From positions 3,844,001 to 3,908,000 of the forward strand of contig JAYWIR010000013.1 of NCBI GenBank assembly GCA_036172245.1: a DNA stretch of 64,000 bases, written 5' to 3'. How positions within the stretch are numbered: position 1 is the stretch's first letter; each line of letters begins with the position of its first letter. Under the pieces are notes generated by a model. The model did not search any database. It had not been told where the DNA came from and saw nothing but the letters and a program-made list of their open reading frames with translations. This DNA comes from Raillietiella orientalis. Taxonomy: Eukaryota. Of this stretch, positions 36,412 to 49,320 are shown in pieces. A program made the translations under genes and the position numbers.

Positions 36412-39400
36412 GAAGTAGAAATGGGAATGTGGAATCTTCGCATCAGGGCAGCTAAGATGCCTGCGTACGGAAATTTTTTCGATCTTCATCTCGGGAAGCA
36501 GCAAGAATCGATCTTCTAGAGCGAAACCGCCAATGAGCTGGTTTTCCTTGAGTCCCTCCCGCTCTTGAGCTCACCGCACGATTGTGGCCGCGGATACTTG
36601 CCCTTACAGTTCACCGCCAAGAGATCTCGTCGTGACGTTGCAAGTTGAGATGAGTGCAGCCTTCAAGTAGCTTAATTTTTTGGCAACAAAGAAGCAACCG
36701 CTCGGGACTTCCCGGAGGACCGCCCGGGATGTTTGCAGAAGCCGTGCCCTGGGCTTTCCACGGTCGCTGCCGGCCGCGAGACCGAGTGCGAGGAGATCTG
36801 TCGAACTCGGGTTTGTGCGCAGGTGAGCTCCTGCCCGGGACCCGCGAACTGGGAAGATGCGGGGAATCGAGCAAACGGTCAGTCCGGGATCTCAGCTGGA
36901 GGGGGAAGATTCCTCCTCCGCACCGTCGAGACGGTAAGAAGAAGCCTCAAGGTTTTCCCAATTCCTCACAGTCGAAAGAGCAAAGGGCGATCGAAGAACT
37001 TGCCCATTTGCATTCTTTTTCCCTCCCTCTGACTCCAGTTGCATTCTTCTAGGTGGGTGGTGGAAGCGGCCGCCACGTGCGCTCCAAGTTTTGGGGGGGA
37101 GCCCAAAAGTGAAACCGTCATGACCACGATGCAGGGAGACTTCGCGTTTTTTTTTTTTCCCGTGGGAGGGGGTCAGAGGATGAAAACGGACTCCCCTCGC
37201 ACGACTCGGAGGATCGCCCGAGTCCTGTGTGAGCGGGGAAGATCACTCCACTCGCATCCATTCTTGATGCTGCTGACTGTTTGCATTCAGCACGGAAAGG
37301 ACGAGGTCGATCTGAGGTCTCATAAGATGGCGTGATGCGCCGCACTGCAAACAGAGCCTCCTTGAGGGAGCAGAGTCCGCGAATTCCAGTTTGCTGACGT
37401 TATAAACAGCGTGCGTTTGGTGCACGTTTGTAGCAAATGCTGCCGACGGAGCGGACGCAAGAAGAAAGATGAGGGCTCGCAAAGCGCGAGGCTGATCGAA
37501 CGTGGCTGCATCGGAATCAAAGCCTCGACTTCTGGCAGCTCTGTTTTCAGAAGCCTCGCTATGGGATTCACGGAATCTTCCCAAGTGGACGAATCAGACC
37601 CCTGGAGTTGTTGAGGATGTAGTGACTGCTCGAAGAAGCCAGGAGTTTTGGGGGAAAAATGAGGGTTCCCTTTGGAAGAAGGATTTTTTGTGTGTCCAGA
37701 TGACACACTCATTTCGATTCGACACTCATCTTGCGAACCCAGAACGGGTGCTCTCTGTGTTCCTGTCCGTTTTCCGGTTAAGGATAAAAGAATTCAATGG
37801 GGATTTCGGATAAATACTGTGTTGGAAAAAGAAGAGTGAAATGCTCAATACTTCCGTGCTTAATACACTCGAACATTCGTGTAGTAGCAGCAGTAGTCGG
37901 TATTCTCCTGTACATTCAGCTCATCGACGAGCGCCCCGTATTTTGCCTCGTCGAGTATTTCCGTGATAGCTGACGGATCAGATGCATCGATTACTTGATT
38001 TGATTGAAATTCCGAGGTCCGGACAAGATGCGAAAGAGACGAAGGATGTGAGCAGGGTTTCCTCCCGGTTGTCGTGGGGACCACAGAAAAGCAGATCCCT
38101 TTGCTTGCCTTGAAAGTAAAGATAATCTGGCATGCATACGAACGAAAGGATTCCCCGTTGCTAATCGGTCCCACCGCGAGTCCTCTTCTTCTGCCCACTG
38201 TTTTACGCAACTTCCATTTCAGAATGGCAGAATCAGTTCACGAAACGTTTCAATGCAGTTCAGTCGGTCCACCAATCAACGACATTCCTAACAATCTTCA
38301 GAAATCCTGCCGCATCACGGGAGGTCTTGCAGCTTGCGATCACACCATGGCAACCACCACACGGCTGCAGCAGCCTTTCCGGCACTGCACATCACACGAC
38401 CCATAACCACCTATTAGTTACGAATCAACACACGGGAGTCTTCCTCCGTTCTGCCATCATTATGCGCCTGCGTTCACACACGCGACCATCTTCTCGAAAT
38501 GGACTGCCGCCCTTCTTTCGCCATTAAACTTAAGAGCGGGCACCCTCCTCTGGGAGCTTTCCAAACATTCCGTGTCGACTAACCACGTGCGATCACCGTC
38601 CCTCCAGAGGAGCACTAGAGCCTGCATAATTGTCACACCTCTTCCCTGCAAGTAAGCGGTGGGTGCAACGTCCGGCTGTCCCTATCAAGAATCCACCGGC
38701 CGTGGCGCGTTCCCTTGCGGTCGAACGTATCTGACGGAGTATCTGCTGCGGATTCTCGAGAGGCTGCGGCGCACCCCGAGGGTTCCGTCGAACCCGCAGG
38801 GGATACCGCATCGGACACGACAAGGACTTACCAAGTCCCCATTACGATGCTGTGCCACGATTCCGTTCCAGCCACGTGTGCGTCAGCCGTTCGAGGATGC
38901 CTACTCTTTTCCTACCCATCCTCTCACGGTCATGCAAATCATCCACCCTCCCGCATTCCGGAACACTTCACGTCCGTTGCCAAGAGGACGGAGGTTGGAC
39001 CGTCGTCGGCGGGTTGAAGCAGTCCTCCCTGTTCCTGGAGACGCGCGGCGGTACAGATATCTGTATCAGCCCTGTTTCCCGTTCTCGGTGCGGTCGCATG
39101 GCAGGAGCATTTTTCTCCGATTGGCCACGGAGATTGTTTCCACGGAGGAAATGCGAGACGAGCGAGGATGGTCGCCCACAGCAATTTGATTTCGTTTCCT
39201 TCGGCGCTTAATCGATTCATCTTAGCTATCCTCGTGATCGGTTCGAGCCGTAATCAATTCTCAGCTCATATACATGCAGCGACCATCCTTCCCGTGCATC
39301 GGCACGTGATCGCTCCACAGAGAGCATCGCTGGGTATCCAGTGTTGCTGTTTCGCTTTGGCTGGCAGCAGTTGCGAAAGACTATTTGCATAATTAAAAAA

Positions 39401-42120
39401 TTCTTTTCTCTCCAAGCGGGGAGAGCGATGGGAAAAAGCTCGGATGCCATCAAGGTCCTCGAGTGTGAGGTGCGCCGGTGGAGCCGGCAGCGAATCGCAG
39501 AGGTGGATTCGGCCTCGGCCCGGCCACGGGCTGGTTGCCCCCTCAGCTGAAGATCCGGGAGTCTCGAGAGTCGCGTCTTCAGCCGGGGTCCTCGGGCTGG
39601 AAACGCCGACTGACCAGCGTCAGGTGTCCAGAGGTTGACTTCCTCGACCTTCCCTCGGATCGCCAGGGATCGATCGATCGGGGGGGGATGTCCTAAACTA
39701 TCTCAGCGCCGTGCTGGTTGCCGAAGAAGAGTGGAATACAGCGTGGAGGGAAGGCTGAAGGCTTTTGCCAAGCCTCCGGTGTGGCCTTTGACTGCTGCAG
39801 GCGCGCATCGGAACCCTCCATTCAGGTCTGCTGCTCCATTAGCGCTCTCGGACAGGTGCCGTAGCGGCAAGTTGCCCCGACGCATCTTTGTCATCTGTAG
39901 AGACAGCAATCGAGAAGACCCGAATTGCCATAAGGAGCAGTTCGAGCGTTCCGCATGCGACTTCACAGTTCGAGTCGTCACACACGAAACTCCGACTTTC
40001 AAGAGAGATGCTGCTTCCTGAATCTGATGCGGAACAACGACCGAAGAGCACAAAACGCAGCCTTTTTCTGTCGTTCGAATACAAGAAGGATTCGGCAGAG
40101 CTCCCTCGATAAATAAATAAACAATAACTGTTCAATGAATGATGGATCCTCTATTTGAACGTTTCCCTTTGCCTGCTGACTTGCAACTTTCGCCGGCTGA
40201 CCTCTTATGGTGCAATCTGTTGGTAAGCTCCACTGCTGTGGCTTAAATGAGAGAGAGGGAGACTTTTGGTCCGCTTCGAAATCGAGCGTTACGCTGACAT
40301 TTGATCTTCATTTGTCGATTCTCTGTTTGGATTCTTTCCGGACTCGTGCTTTGGGAGCTCTGAGAACACCGTACGACCACCCACAGACCAGCGGCATTCA
40401 AATCTAGGTTTACCGTATTGCGTGACCTCTGCTAGGAAGAACAAGTGATACAGTCGGATCTTATCACTATAAGAAACTGGAAATTCGGTTCTCCGTGTGC
40501 GATCGAATGCTGCTGCTCTTTGTAGCAGGCTCAGATGACCAGCAACGGTATCCGTTGGAGCTGTGCCGACCGGGCAGTTCCCTCGATGAGACGAGGGCAT
40601 CTGAACTCGACGGGGAAGAGGAAAAAAAAAATGCGCTTTTCGAAACTCAACTGGTCAACTGGTCAGCGGCTGGGTATCTGCCTCATTTGATTCCGAGTCT
40701 TGCAGCTGGAGTGCACGGAGGCGGAAACCGACGGATGACCTCCTACTATCCCGAGCAGAGATCTAATCTGGATAGCAGGGCGGCCTCCATGCTTCCGATG
40801 CGACCTACTGTTCCCACTTGAAGCCCGGAAGTGAAAGGGGGAATGGTTTTGTCGACGCGGCACTTGGTAAATTCCGTGATGCTGATAATTTTGCAAGTCC
40901 AGCCTCGCTCCAGGGACCCATATCCTCAAAGAAGCTCAACCTAGGTTGGTTTTCTCGAGGTTTGTCAAGGCCAACAGATAGGTTTTGTTCAGAGCACCGT
41001 TACAGCACTTGCATTTCGTCGTTTTTCGAAGGCACTGATTCCCGCTCAGCACTCCCCGCAGCGCTTCCGAGCAGGAATTCTGCCTGTAAATTCCTGTCTT
41101 GAATTTTCTCAGAAGCAGCATCTTTCCCCCTAAATCTCCATTCTTCAGCCTCTTTCCTTCGGAACATGGAATCTTGAGATTCCTCAGGGCACCTCAAACG
41201 CACGATGGACGTCCGGCCAAGCTACGAGACCCAAACCGGGAATTCGAATAAGGAATCGTGCTGCGAGTGGGAAGTGCACTTGTCCTGCTCGCCCGAGGCT
41301 CACTTCGTTTCCCTCTCGGGGAGCGCTCGTCGGGTTTTCTTGAAACGTCCGATCCCTTCCAGGCCGAAGACCCGCAACAGCTCTCGCACGTCCCTGCCAT
41401 TCAGTTCCCATTCTCTCCTGGAAACCGGCTTGCGAGACTTCTGGAGTCCCACGCACTCCGTCTGTTTTCTTCTTACCCACTGCTATCGTTTTTCTCCTCG
41501 AGATCGGGGTCCGGATGTACAGTGGCTTTCACCTGAGAAGAGTTTCGGGCATACCCCGAAGCATTGAGAGTACTGGTGCAGAATGAACACGCGGTCTCAT
41601 CCTGAGAATCCCTGCTACTCGTGTTCATTGATACCCTTCCCTGCTTCGAAAGCAGTTGCTCCCAATTGACCATGCAACAGCTACTCTGCTCAGCATTCCT
41701 ACCAGATGATTGTCCTTGCGGAGGAGAAATAGGAATAACATTATTAACAAGAGCAATGATAGCCAAATCGAGAAGTCCAGAGAGTATCAATAAATTTTTT
41801 TTTTTTTGTATTTAGCAATCCAACCTCAAAGTGTTCCTCAAGTAAGAGTTCGGTGCGCTCTTGGCACTGCAGATGCTTCTTGGAGATTTTGCGTCATCAT
41901 TCAGACATGGGACGCTGTCCCCATGGCGTGATTTGCCTGGAGCGCCGATGGAAAGTGTTCTGACATCTCAAAGCGATGGAAGGCAAAAGGGGGTGTTCTT
42001 CAAGACTTCAGACGCAGAGATCGAAGGGGAAGCATTGGACAGGAAAAGCTCCCACGAGCTGCTTTTGGGAGCCTAAATCTAAGCGGAACAGCGGAGCAGG
42101 TGGACCGAAGCACAGAGTCA

Positions 42121-42424
42121 TGGAATGATACGAAGCTAAGATCCCCACTGAACCTCCTGGCCCTTTGAAATCCAAAAATTCTAGCTCATTTCACCATCAG
42201 GAAGATAATGGCTTTCTAGCTCACCATTCTGGAGTTGTAAAGGTGCACCTGATGTCTACGAACGAGTAGCCTTGCTATCCGGCAGTCTCCAAGAGCATCC
42301 ATCATAGCACACCACTAGAAAGTCAGGACTCCCATGCGATCGCATCAAACGATCGGGTCAAATCATAGGAGGGCAATACAGACCTACCTTGATGGATATG
42401 CATGGTAAATTGCTCTATCATCAA
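42121..42424 (+). pseudogene. Decayed coding fragment, paralogue A of an unknown protein family
   Basis: Direct repeat of 43947-44272; translates QEDNGFLAHHSGVVKVHLMSTNE* and IKRSGQIIGGQYRP; stops and frameshifts present. Confidence 0.6.
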
Positions 42425-43946
42425 CGAAAGCGTTTGAGCACAGTGAGTGATTCCACAGAAGGTCGCAGCAGCGCCTTCGGAAATCATCTTTAGACATTTA
42501 ATGGTCACCCGCTGGGAGATATGCGTTCGCAAGATGCCTCTCTGTCAATTAAACGTGGAGATTTGTGTACCGACTGTGCCGTGAAAAGGTTTCTCGTAGC
42601 GACAGCAAAATTGCCACGAAACATTCCTTGAAGAAAGTGCTACCGGAGGTGCGGTGGCTGCTCTTTTACGTCCCTGGCGTGGAAAACAAAAGCAAATGGA
42701 ATGCGGCACGAGAGATCTTCAAAGTTGGGAAAGTTGAAAACGCAGCTTTCTTCCAAGAAAGTCACAGTGGCCTTGTTCTCGGAAGGAACACAGATCGGCT
42801 GGACAGTATGAATTTTTTTCGGGTCAAAGTGGAGGATTACTACAGAAAAAGAGAAGCCAAAAAATATGCTTAAAGACAGAAAAAAAAAAAAGAATGCATT
42901 TAGAAGATTTCTATGGTGTCTGCCTTTCCTCTTAATCTACAGAACATTCAGGAGACAGAAAGTCATCTCTCTTTTTTTCGTACCTAGACTATCACGAGAC
43001 CAGATCTCCCTGTTGACTTTAACTGCTTGACCACTGAAAACCAGCTTCGAGAATATCACTTTCTCCCGAGAAAGGTCAGGAAAATGGAGAAAAGAAGTAG
43101 TCGTTTCTTGGAGGAGCTTGAAAGCAATGGACAAGAGCATTGCCTCAAAGACAACAACAAGAAGCAATGTGCGATTTCCGTGGGGACTTTTGAGGAATCA
43201 TGGCTTCCTGGATGTACTGAAGGAGTTCATGATACTTTAGTAATAGGTACTCAGGGAACCAGAGGATCAAAAGGGGTAGTTTGGTCGCCAGACTAAGTGT
43301 CGCGAGGAAGACTCAGAGGAGGTCCGGTCCAAGAATGGCAGCAAATAGCCTCAAGAACCAGGACGTTGAGCTGTCAACAGCTGGCAGTTAACGATTTGAA
43401 TCTCGTATCCTGGCAATGGTAAAAACAGTCTCTTCCGGAAGCACTGCTGCAGCAGCTCTTTACGTTCATGGATCCTCAACGGGTTTGCTGCCGTGATAAA
43501 GCGGCAGTGATGAGGGACGTGGGACCAAACGGCGCTCTCCTCTCCCTCGGATTTGGAACCTTTGCAAGAAGCTGCGTGGACTTGAGCATCACCCTAATGA
43601 AACAAAAATGAGGCTGGTCGCAAATCAGACGGCTAAATGGCGTAATAGGTGAATGGGTGAGTTCGAAAAGCCATCAGTGTGAGCGTGCGGTCGGGAAGGT
43701 GCGAAGTGAAGCAGACGCAGAGCCGTGCGTCCAAGAAAGAATCTCGTGATGGCGACTCGTTGCCCTTCCCCGGTCCCTCAGCTTCTCTGAATCAGGTTTG
43801 CCCGCTCCTCGAGACTCATCGAGGACTAGAGGAGTGAAACGGGGTGGATCTTTAGAGGTGGGGAACATTTCTTTCTGAGCATGCAACATGGAACAGAGGT
43901 GGGCACTTTCTCGCTTCGCTTCCACCCGGAAGAAAAGCCACCGTGC

Positions 43947-44272
43947 TGGACGATATGAAAGTGGTGATCCCACCGAACCTCCCCGACCTTGAAATCCCAA
44001 ACTCCGAGATCGGTTTCACTTATCAGGAGGATAATGGTTTTCTAGCTCACCATTCTGGAGTTCTGAAAGTCCACCAGATATCTGAGAATGAGCAGAGCCT
44101 CGGCATCAGGCAGTCTCCAAGAGGTTCATAACACATTACTAGAAAGGCGGCACTCGTATGAATCACTTCCTATCAGAAGATCGGATCAAACCATCGGAGG
44201 GCAATACAAATCTGGCTGGAGCCAGGAAATCTTGATATGCATCCATGGTAAATTATTGTACTATCTATCAAA
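43947..44272 (+). pseudogene. Decayed coding fragment, paralogue B of the same unknown family
   Basis: Translates QEDNGFLAHHSGVLKVHQISENEQ and IRRSDQTIGGQYKS; many differences from copy A are synonymous third-position changes. Confidence 0.6.
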
Positions 44273-46543
44273 GACTGATGACTTTAATGATGTCTGCGTT
44301 TCAAATGCTTCTTTATAGTGATAACCGCAGAAGCTGTAAATAAGAATAACACAACATTTATAACTATAAAGAAGCACTTAAAAAGCTTTTGCTATTATCA
44401 CTATAAATTGGTACATCATGCTGAAGAGCAGAGTTCCACAAAAACGTGTTTCCAGGAACTTATTCAGATCATACTCAGACCTTTTGTTGCTATGAGGTAG
44501 GAGATGAAGAAAGATTAGCGGTAGCAGGCCATGGTCATTAGCATCGTGTCTTTTGTGAGTGGACTTCTGGATGGGTTTCTAATCAGGGCTTTGCTTCTGA
44601 TCGTTTGCAAACAAGGGGACAGCGATAATCTGCAAGTAAAAGTGTTGCCTCCTTTGAAGGATTGAGAACGAGTGAGCAGGCAGTTCCTCGTCCGCCCGCA
44701 TCGAGACAAATGATCTTGAAATGACGCACGTAGTTGTTGGTCTTTGCCCTACGATCTCTTCCGCGTCGTGTACGGTACATCCTTACTCGGCACGCTCGCG
44801 TTCCTCCTCCTTGTCACACTACCCTAGATGCGAAGACGAGTGCAAGTGGTCCAGAAAATCAAATCTCGCAGAGCTCCTCCCCGCGGGTTTCCAAGCACCG
44901 GAAGCCCAGGGGACTGCTTGCTGCTCGGTCGCTGCGTCCACGCCAGCTCCAGAGCTTCAGGCAGGTTGACCGAAGATTCGAACCTGAGCTTCTTCGAGGC
45001 GCTCGGAGCATTCATGCGGACGCGAGAGTCCGGGCGGCACCGTTTGGGCCCTACTGAGCAAGTGTGCGCTCCCTATTGAGCAGGTGTCCAAAAAAAGTGG
45101 TTTCAAGTGTCGCGGAAACATCCTCTGCTCCGGGACAGCTCCGCAGCTTCGTCCACGCCAGTCAACGTACGCTCTATTTGAAAAACTTCCAGTCCTGTAT
45201 TCCTTCTATTTTCCGCCCGGCGAGCTACGATCGGGAGGAAGTCTCGCGTGCCCCTGAAGTCAGCGCTTAGTTCTTCTGATTCCCTGCCACGATTCTGGAG
45301 GCCCGGTGAGCTGGCACGAGGATGGCGCATTTTTAGAAGTGCCCATTTTTAGAAGGATGGCGATTCGAGAGTAAGATGATGATCACCTTCCTCAGATGGG
45401 GGGTCATCTCAGGTACGACTGCTCTTGCGTCCTCTCAAGCAGCGAGCTAGGCAGAGACTTTCTTTCCCGAAGATGACAATTTATTAGGCAGGACATCTCT
45501 GAACTCCTGAACTCTCGAAATTATCCTGCTTCCATGATGGATCACAAGTGGACAGAGATCGGAGCGGCCGTGTGCGATAATCACCGCAGTGCTTTTCCGA
45601 CCCTCCGCTACAGAGGGCCCAGGGCCTCTTTCCAGAGTCAACAACAGCGGTCCAGTGCGAGCGCTAATCATCCATATTCTCTTCATTTCTGGGCGCGTGG
45701 TTTGTTGTGGACAAAGTATAACACGACGCTAAGGACAAAGACCGATTCGGGGTCGCTGGAGCACGCTTTCGTCATTACGGCCCTCGTGGGCATCTTGCTT
45801 CTCAATAATTACACTTTTACGCCGAAATGCAGTTCCTGGAAGTCGTTCATTCAGGAGATTGCACAATCGTCCTCTTAGGAGGGGAAGGGGGGGGGAGAGA
45901 ACCTGCCCGGCAGTGGGCGCGGAGACGCCATCCTCGGGAAAATGCCCGCCCGCCCTCCTACGAAAGGAATCCAAGAATCCGAGCGAGGCAGAGAGGAGCC
46001 GACGACGACAGGACGAGCGCGCATTTTCTCGTTTCGCTCTTCTGCTCCTCGTCCCCTTTCGGCTCCCGGAAGCATCTTCGCTCACCCCTTTCCCTTCAGC
46101 AGCGAAAAGTCTCTGGAACCCTCCCGAATTACCTGCCCCCCGCACTCAACAGACGGACAGGCGAAATTCTTCGAAGGACCTCCTCTCCGTTTCCTGCGTT
46201 CTTTCGCTCAAGGCGCAAGGGTTTTCCACTCCCAAGCCTTGGATGAGTCCAGCAGGTCCAGAACTCCGCTCCTTATCCCATACAGATGCTACTGATGCAC
46301 CATCATCGATGCCTTTCTGCAGGAGCTCGTTCCTTGATCCCTGTTTTCCTCACTGGAACGAAACGAGAGCAAATAGGCTCATGAAAGTTTCTAGATCTCC
46401 TACTCTTAATTGGTTTCCGGCTAGAGGAGCAGCTGGCAAGTGAATTCTGTAGGATGAATGTCTCTGCAAACCCACCGGCAGGAAGCCGTCGGCGTCTGTT
46501 GGCGTGTCCTCACCCAGCCGTCCCAAGGTCATCTTCCCGGAAT

Positions 46544-47496
46544 CTCGGCAGGCGGAGGGGTAATTCATGGAACCTTCGGATGGCAGAGGAGCTGTCCCGT
46601 GCACGTTGGCGCAGAAGGCATTCGATCAAGGAGGTCCCGATGCAATGGCCGACGGGTTCCCTCCGATCGCACCTCGTGGCATCAACCTGCCTCCGGCAGC
46701 CGTGACTCCCAGCTCAGCCCCCTTCAAGCAGGGAGTCCACCCAGGGCCCACGGAAGCACCGGGAGTAAGAGATGGCCTTGCAGCCTGCGCTTCTGCCACC
46801 ATCGCTTCGTACAGGGGGCTCTCTCCGGCTCACCGCTGCCCCTACGAAGACGTGGCGTGGCGTGAGACGAGGGGCGCCGCGGGATCTGCTTTGCCACTGA
46901 CAGATCTCATCGTCGGAGGACCACCACCCGGATGCGCCGGGGCGTTCACTTCATATATAAAAATAAACATTCATAATCCCTGTGATTGGGACCGGTGGTC
47001 CAATCATGTCCTTTCCAGATGAAAAAAACCCTGCCGCATCAGCGGTGCGCACGGTACGGTGAGATCCACCACGGCAGCAGAGGGGAGGGGGCAGACGAAA
47101 AGAAAAAGAAACCAAAATAAAAACAAATAAATGAATTTGAGGTGGGGATGGACGGGGGGCTGGAGGAAGGGATCACGTTCTTCTGGGGGCGGTTCTCTGC
47201 ATCCTTTGGAAGATGCCGGCAAGGTCTTGCTGGATGTTGTAATCCAGGTGGAGCCATCTCTCAGGAAGCGGACGGCGAAGTGGAGGTGGCACCCCTGTCG
47301 CTTGGTCCTCCTCTTGAGTCGCTCCAGCTAACAACGGTCCGCATAGGCAGCAGAGAGCTGCCAGCGAGGCTGCCGGCTGAAGGGCGTCGCGTAGGAGGAG
47401 GGGGCCGCAAAGCGTTCCCAGATGGGCCGGAGGGCAGCACGATCCATTAGCAGGTGCGGGAAGGATTCGTCGGGAGAGGCTCAACGGTCCACTGCA
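46544..47496. repeat. Diverged direct repeat, unit 1
   Basis: Colinear with 48397-49320: CTCGGCAGG, CAGAAGGCA, CTGCCTCCGGC, CACCCGG..CGCCGGGGC, identical 26-mer AAAAGAAAAAGAAACCAAAATAAAAA, GGCAAGGTC, ATCCATTA, GTCCAC.GCA. Confidence 0.75.
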
Positions 47497-48396
47497 CCGC
47501 GTCGAAGAGGCCGCGCAAACAGAGGGCCTCTTGGACGTGGAGGCTCCTCCAGCGGAGCACAGGCCCGGGTACAGAGTGAGTGGTAGCCTCCTCTTCGGTA
47601 TCGTGGGATCGGAGAAACGGAGTGCTGCAGGATCATCACTCTCATGCCGACCGCGTGCCCTTGGCTAGGAAGCTGTGGTTAACTGGTGCCGGTATGAGGA
47701 GACTGGTTGCTGTTGGGAACCAGTGGCCGCGCTGGTGAGCAGCAACGGAGAAGAATCCCCACTTCGGATGATCGAAATCTGTCCAGGCTCCGGAGGCGCG
47801 AGAGTCGCATCTCCCGACACCGAATCCGTTCGACTCCCTCAATCCTCAGGAGTCCCTCTGTCTGTCTGTCCGTCCTTCCGCCTCCCGGCTTCGGTTTCCT
47901 CGCCACTGACGAACCGAGCTCATCCCGACGGACTCATATCATTTTCGCCCTCTCCTGCGGAAAGCGGCCGCCCGTTCCTCCCCGGGTGCTTCGAAGGCAC
48001 CAGGAACCGCTGGACCCGCAGCCACGCTCTCCCAGCACTGTACGTGGCCGCCGTCGCGCGCGCGCTTCGTCCGGGATGCGCGGCTTCCTCCGAGAGACTT
48101 CGCTCGCTTTCCTTCGCTTGCTTCGCGCTGGAGGGTGACGAAAGACAGGCTGGAGACGAAGAGGAGCGGCCCCACCACGGAGACAAAGGAAACGAAGAAC
48201 TCCCGCGCGAGCGACGGACGGACGGAGCGGGCAGCGCGCGCGCCCCGCTGTTCTCCCCTCCCCCCAACCAGAACTCGTGGAACTTTTTTTTTTTTTTTAC
48301 CTCCGCAAGCGACCGCGTTATGTGGCTGACCGCTGCGGTCAGCACTGCCAGGCGCTCGGGGAGTAAGCGAAGACTGCGGATTCCCTGTTTCGCTCG

Positions 48397-49320
48397 CTCG
48401 GCAGGGAGGCGCGGACGTGAGTGGAATCGCGGTTGGCCTCTTTTCTGCGGTGCGCGTGGGCCGTGTTGGTCCCTCGTTTTACCAGAAGGCAGCGCGGCAG
48501 TCCGATGTCAGTGGTGGTTGGCGTCCGGAACGCTTGCGCTGCCTCCGGCGCAGGCGAGACGAGCAGCGGGCAGTTGGCGTCGTCGAGTTGGGGGCCAAGG
48601 TGGCGGGGCGTTCTTGCGGGAGAGATCGGCGGACGGTCGTGGATTCTCACCCGGGTACGCCGGGGCATTTATTAAGACAAATTAAGAAGGCATTCACTAT
48701 TTCTGTGGCTGGACCAACCTCGTCCTTATTAGATCAAACTTGCCTCCACGTTACCGGTTCGCGGACCGGTGAGGTCCACCGCGGCCGCAGAGGAGAGGGA
48801 GCAAACAAAAAGAAAAAGAAACCAAAATAAAAATAGAGCATCTTTTCGGGGGGGGTGAGGGGGATGGGGTGAGGGAAGGAATGTCACTGTCTTCTGCGTC
48901 CTTTGTAGGATGCCGTCGGGGGGCAAGGTCATGCTGCATGCGGCTGTCCAAGTAAGGCCCCTCCTCCTGGTGGCTGCACGCTGGTTCCGAAACCGGGAAG
49001 CGGGGGAGGCCTCGGGCCGGGGGGTCCCGAGGAAGCGAACCACGCTCTCCCCCGCACTCCCTCTCCGTTCGCGAGCTGGGCAAGACACGTCAGTTGCTCT
49101 CGGCACTGGTGAAAAGCAGCGAGAGGATACGAGCGGGGGTCACCGGAGGCGCTGACCTTTCCGGGCATCCATCTTTGCATGCCGCCGGGAACGCGGCGAA
49201 TTCGGAACGGGAAGAATCCATTCGCTGATCCGTCGACCCGCCCTGGAAGAGTCGCCAGCGTGCGGACCGCTCGGAAATTCCGCAGAGGGGCATCCATTAC
49301 AGGATTCATCGTCCACGGCA
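48397..49320. repeat. Diverged direct repeat, unit 2
   Basis: Colinear with 46544-47496, offset 1.7-1.85 kb. Confidence 0.75.

Noticed and set aside
45328..45355. CATTTTTAGAAG duplicated around TGCC, possible excision footprint
   Set aside because: Equally explained by a local slippage duplication
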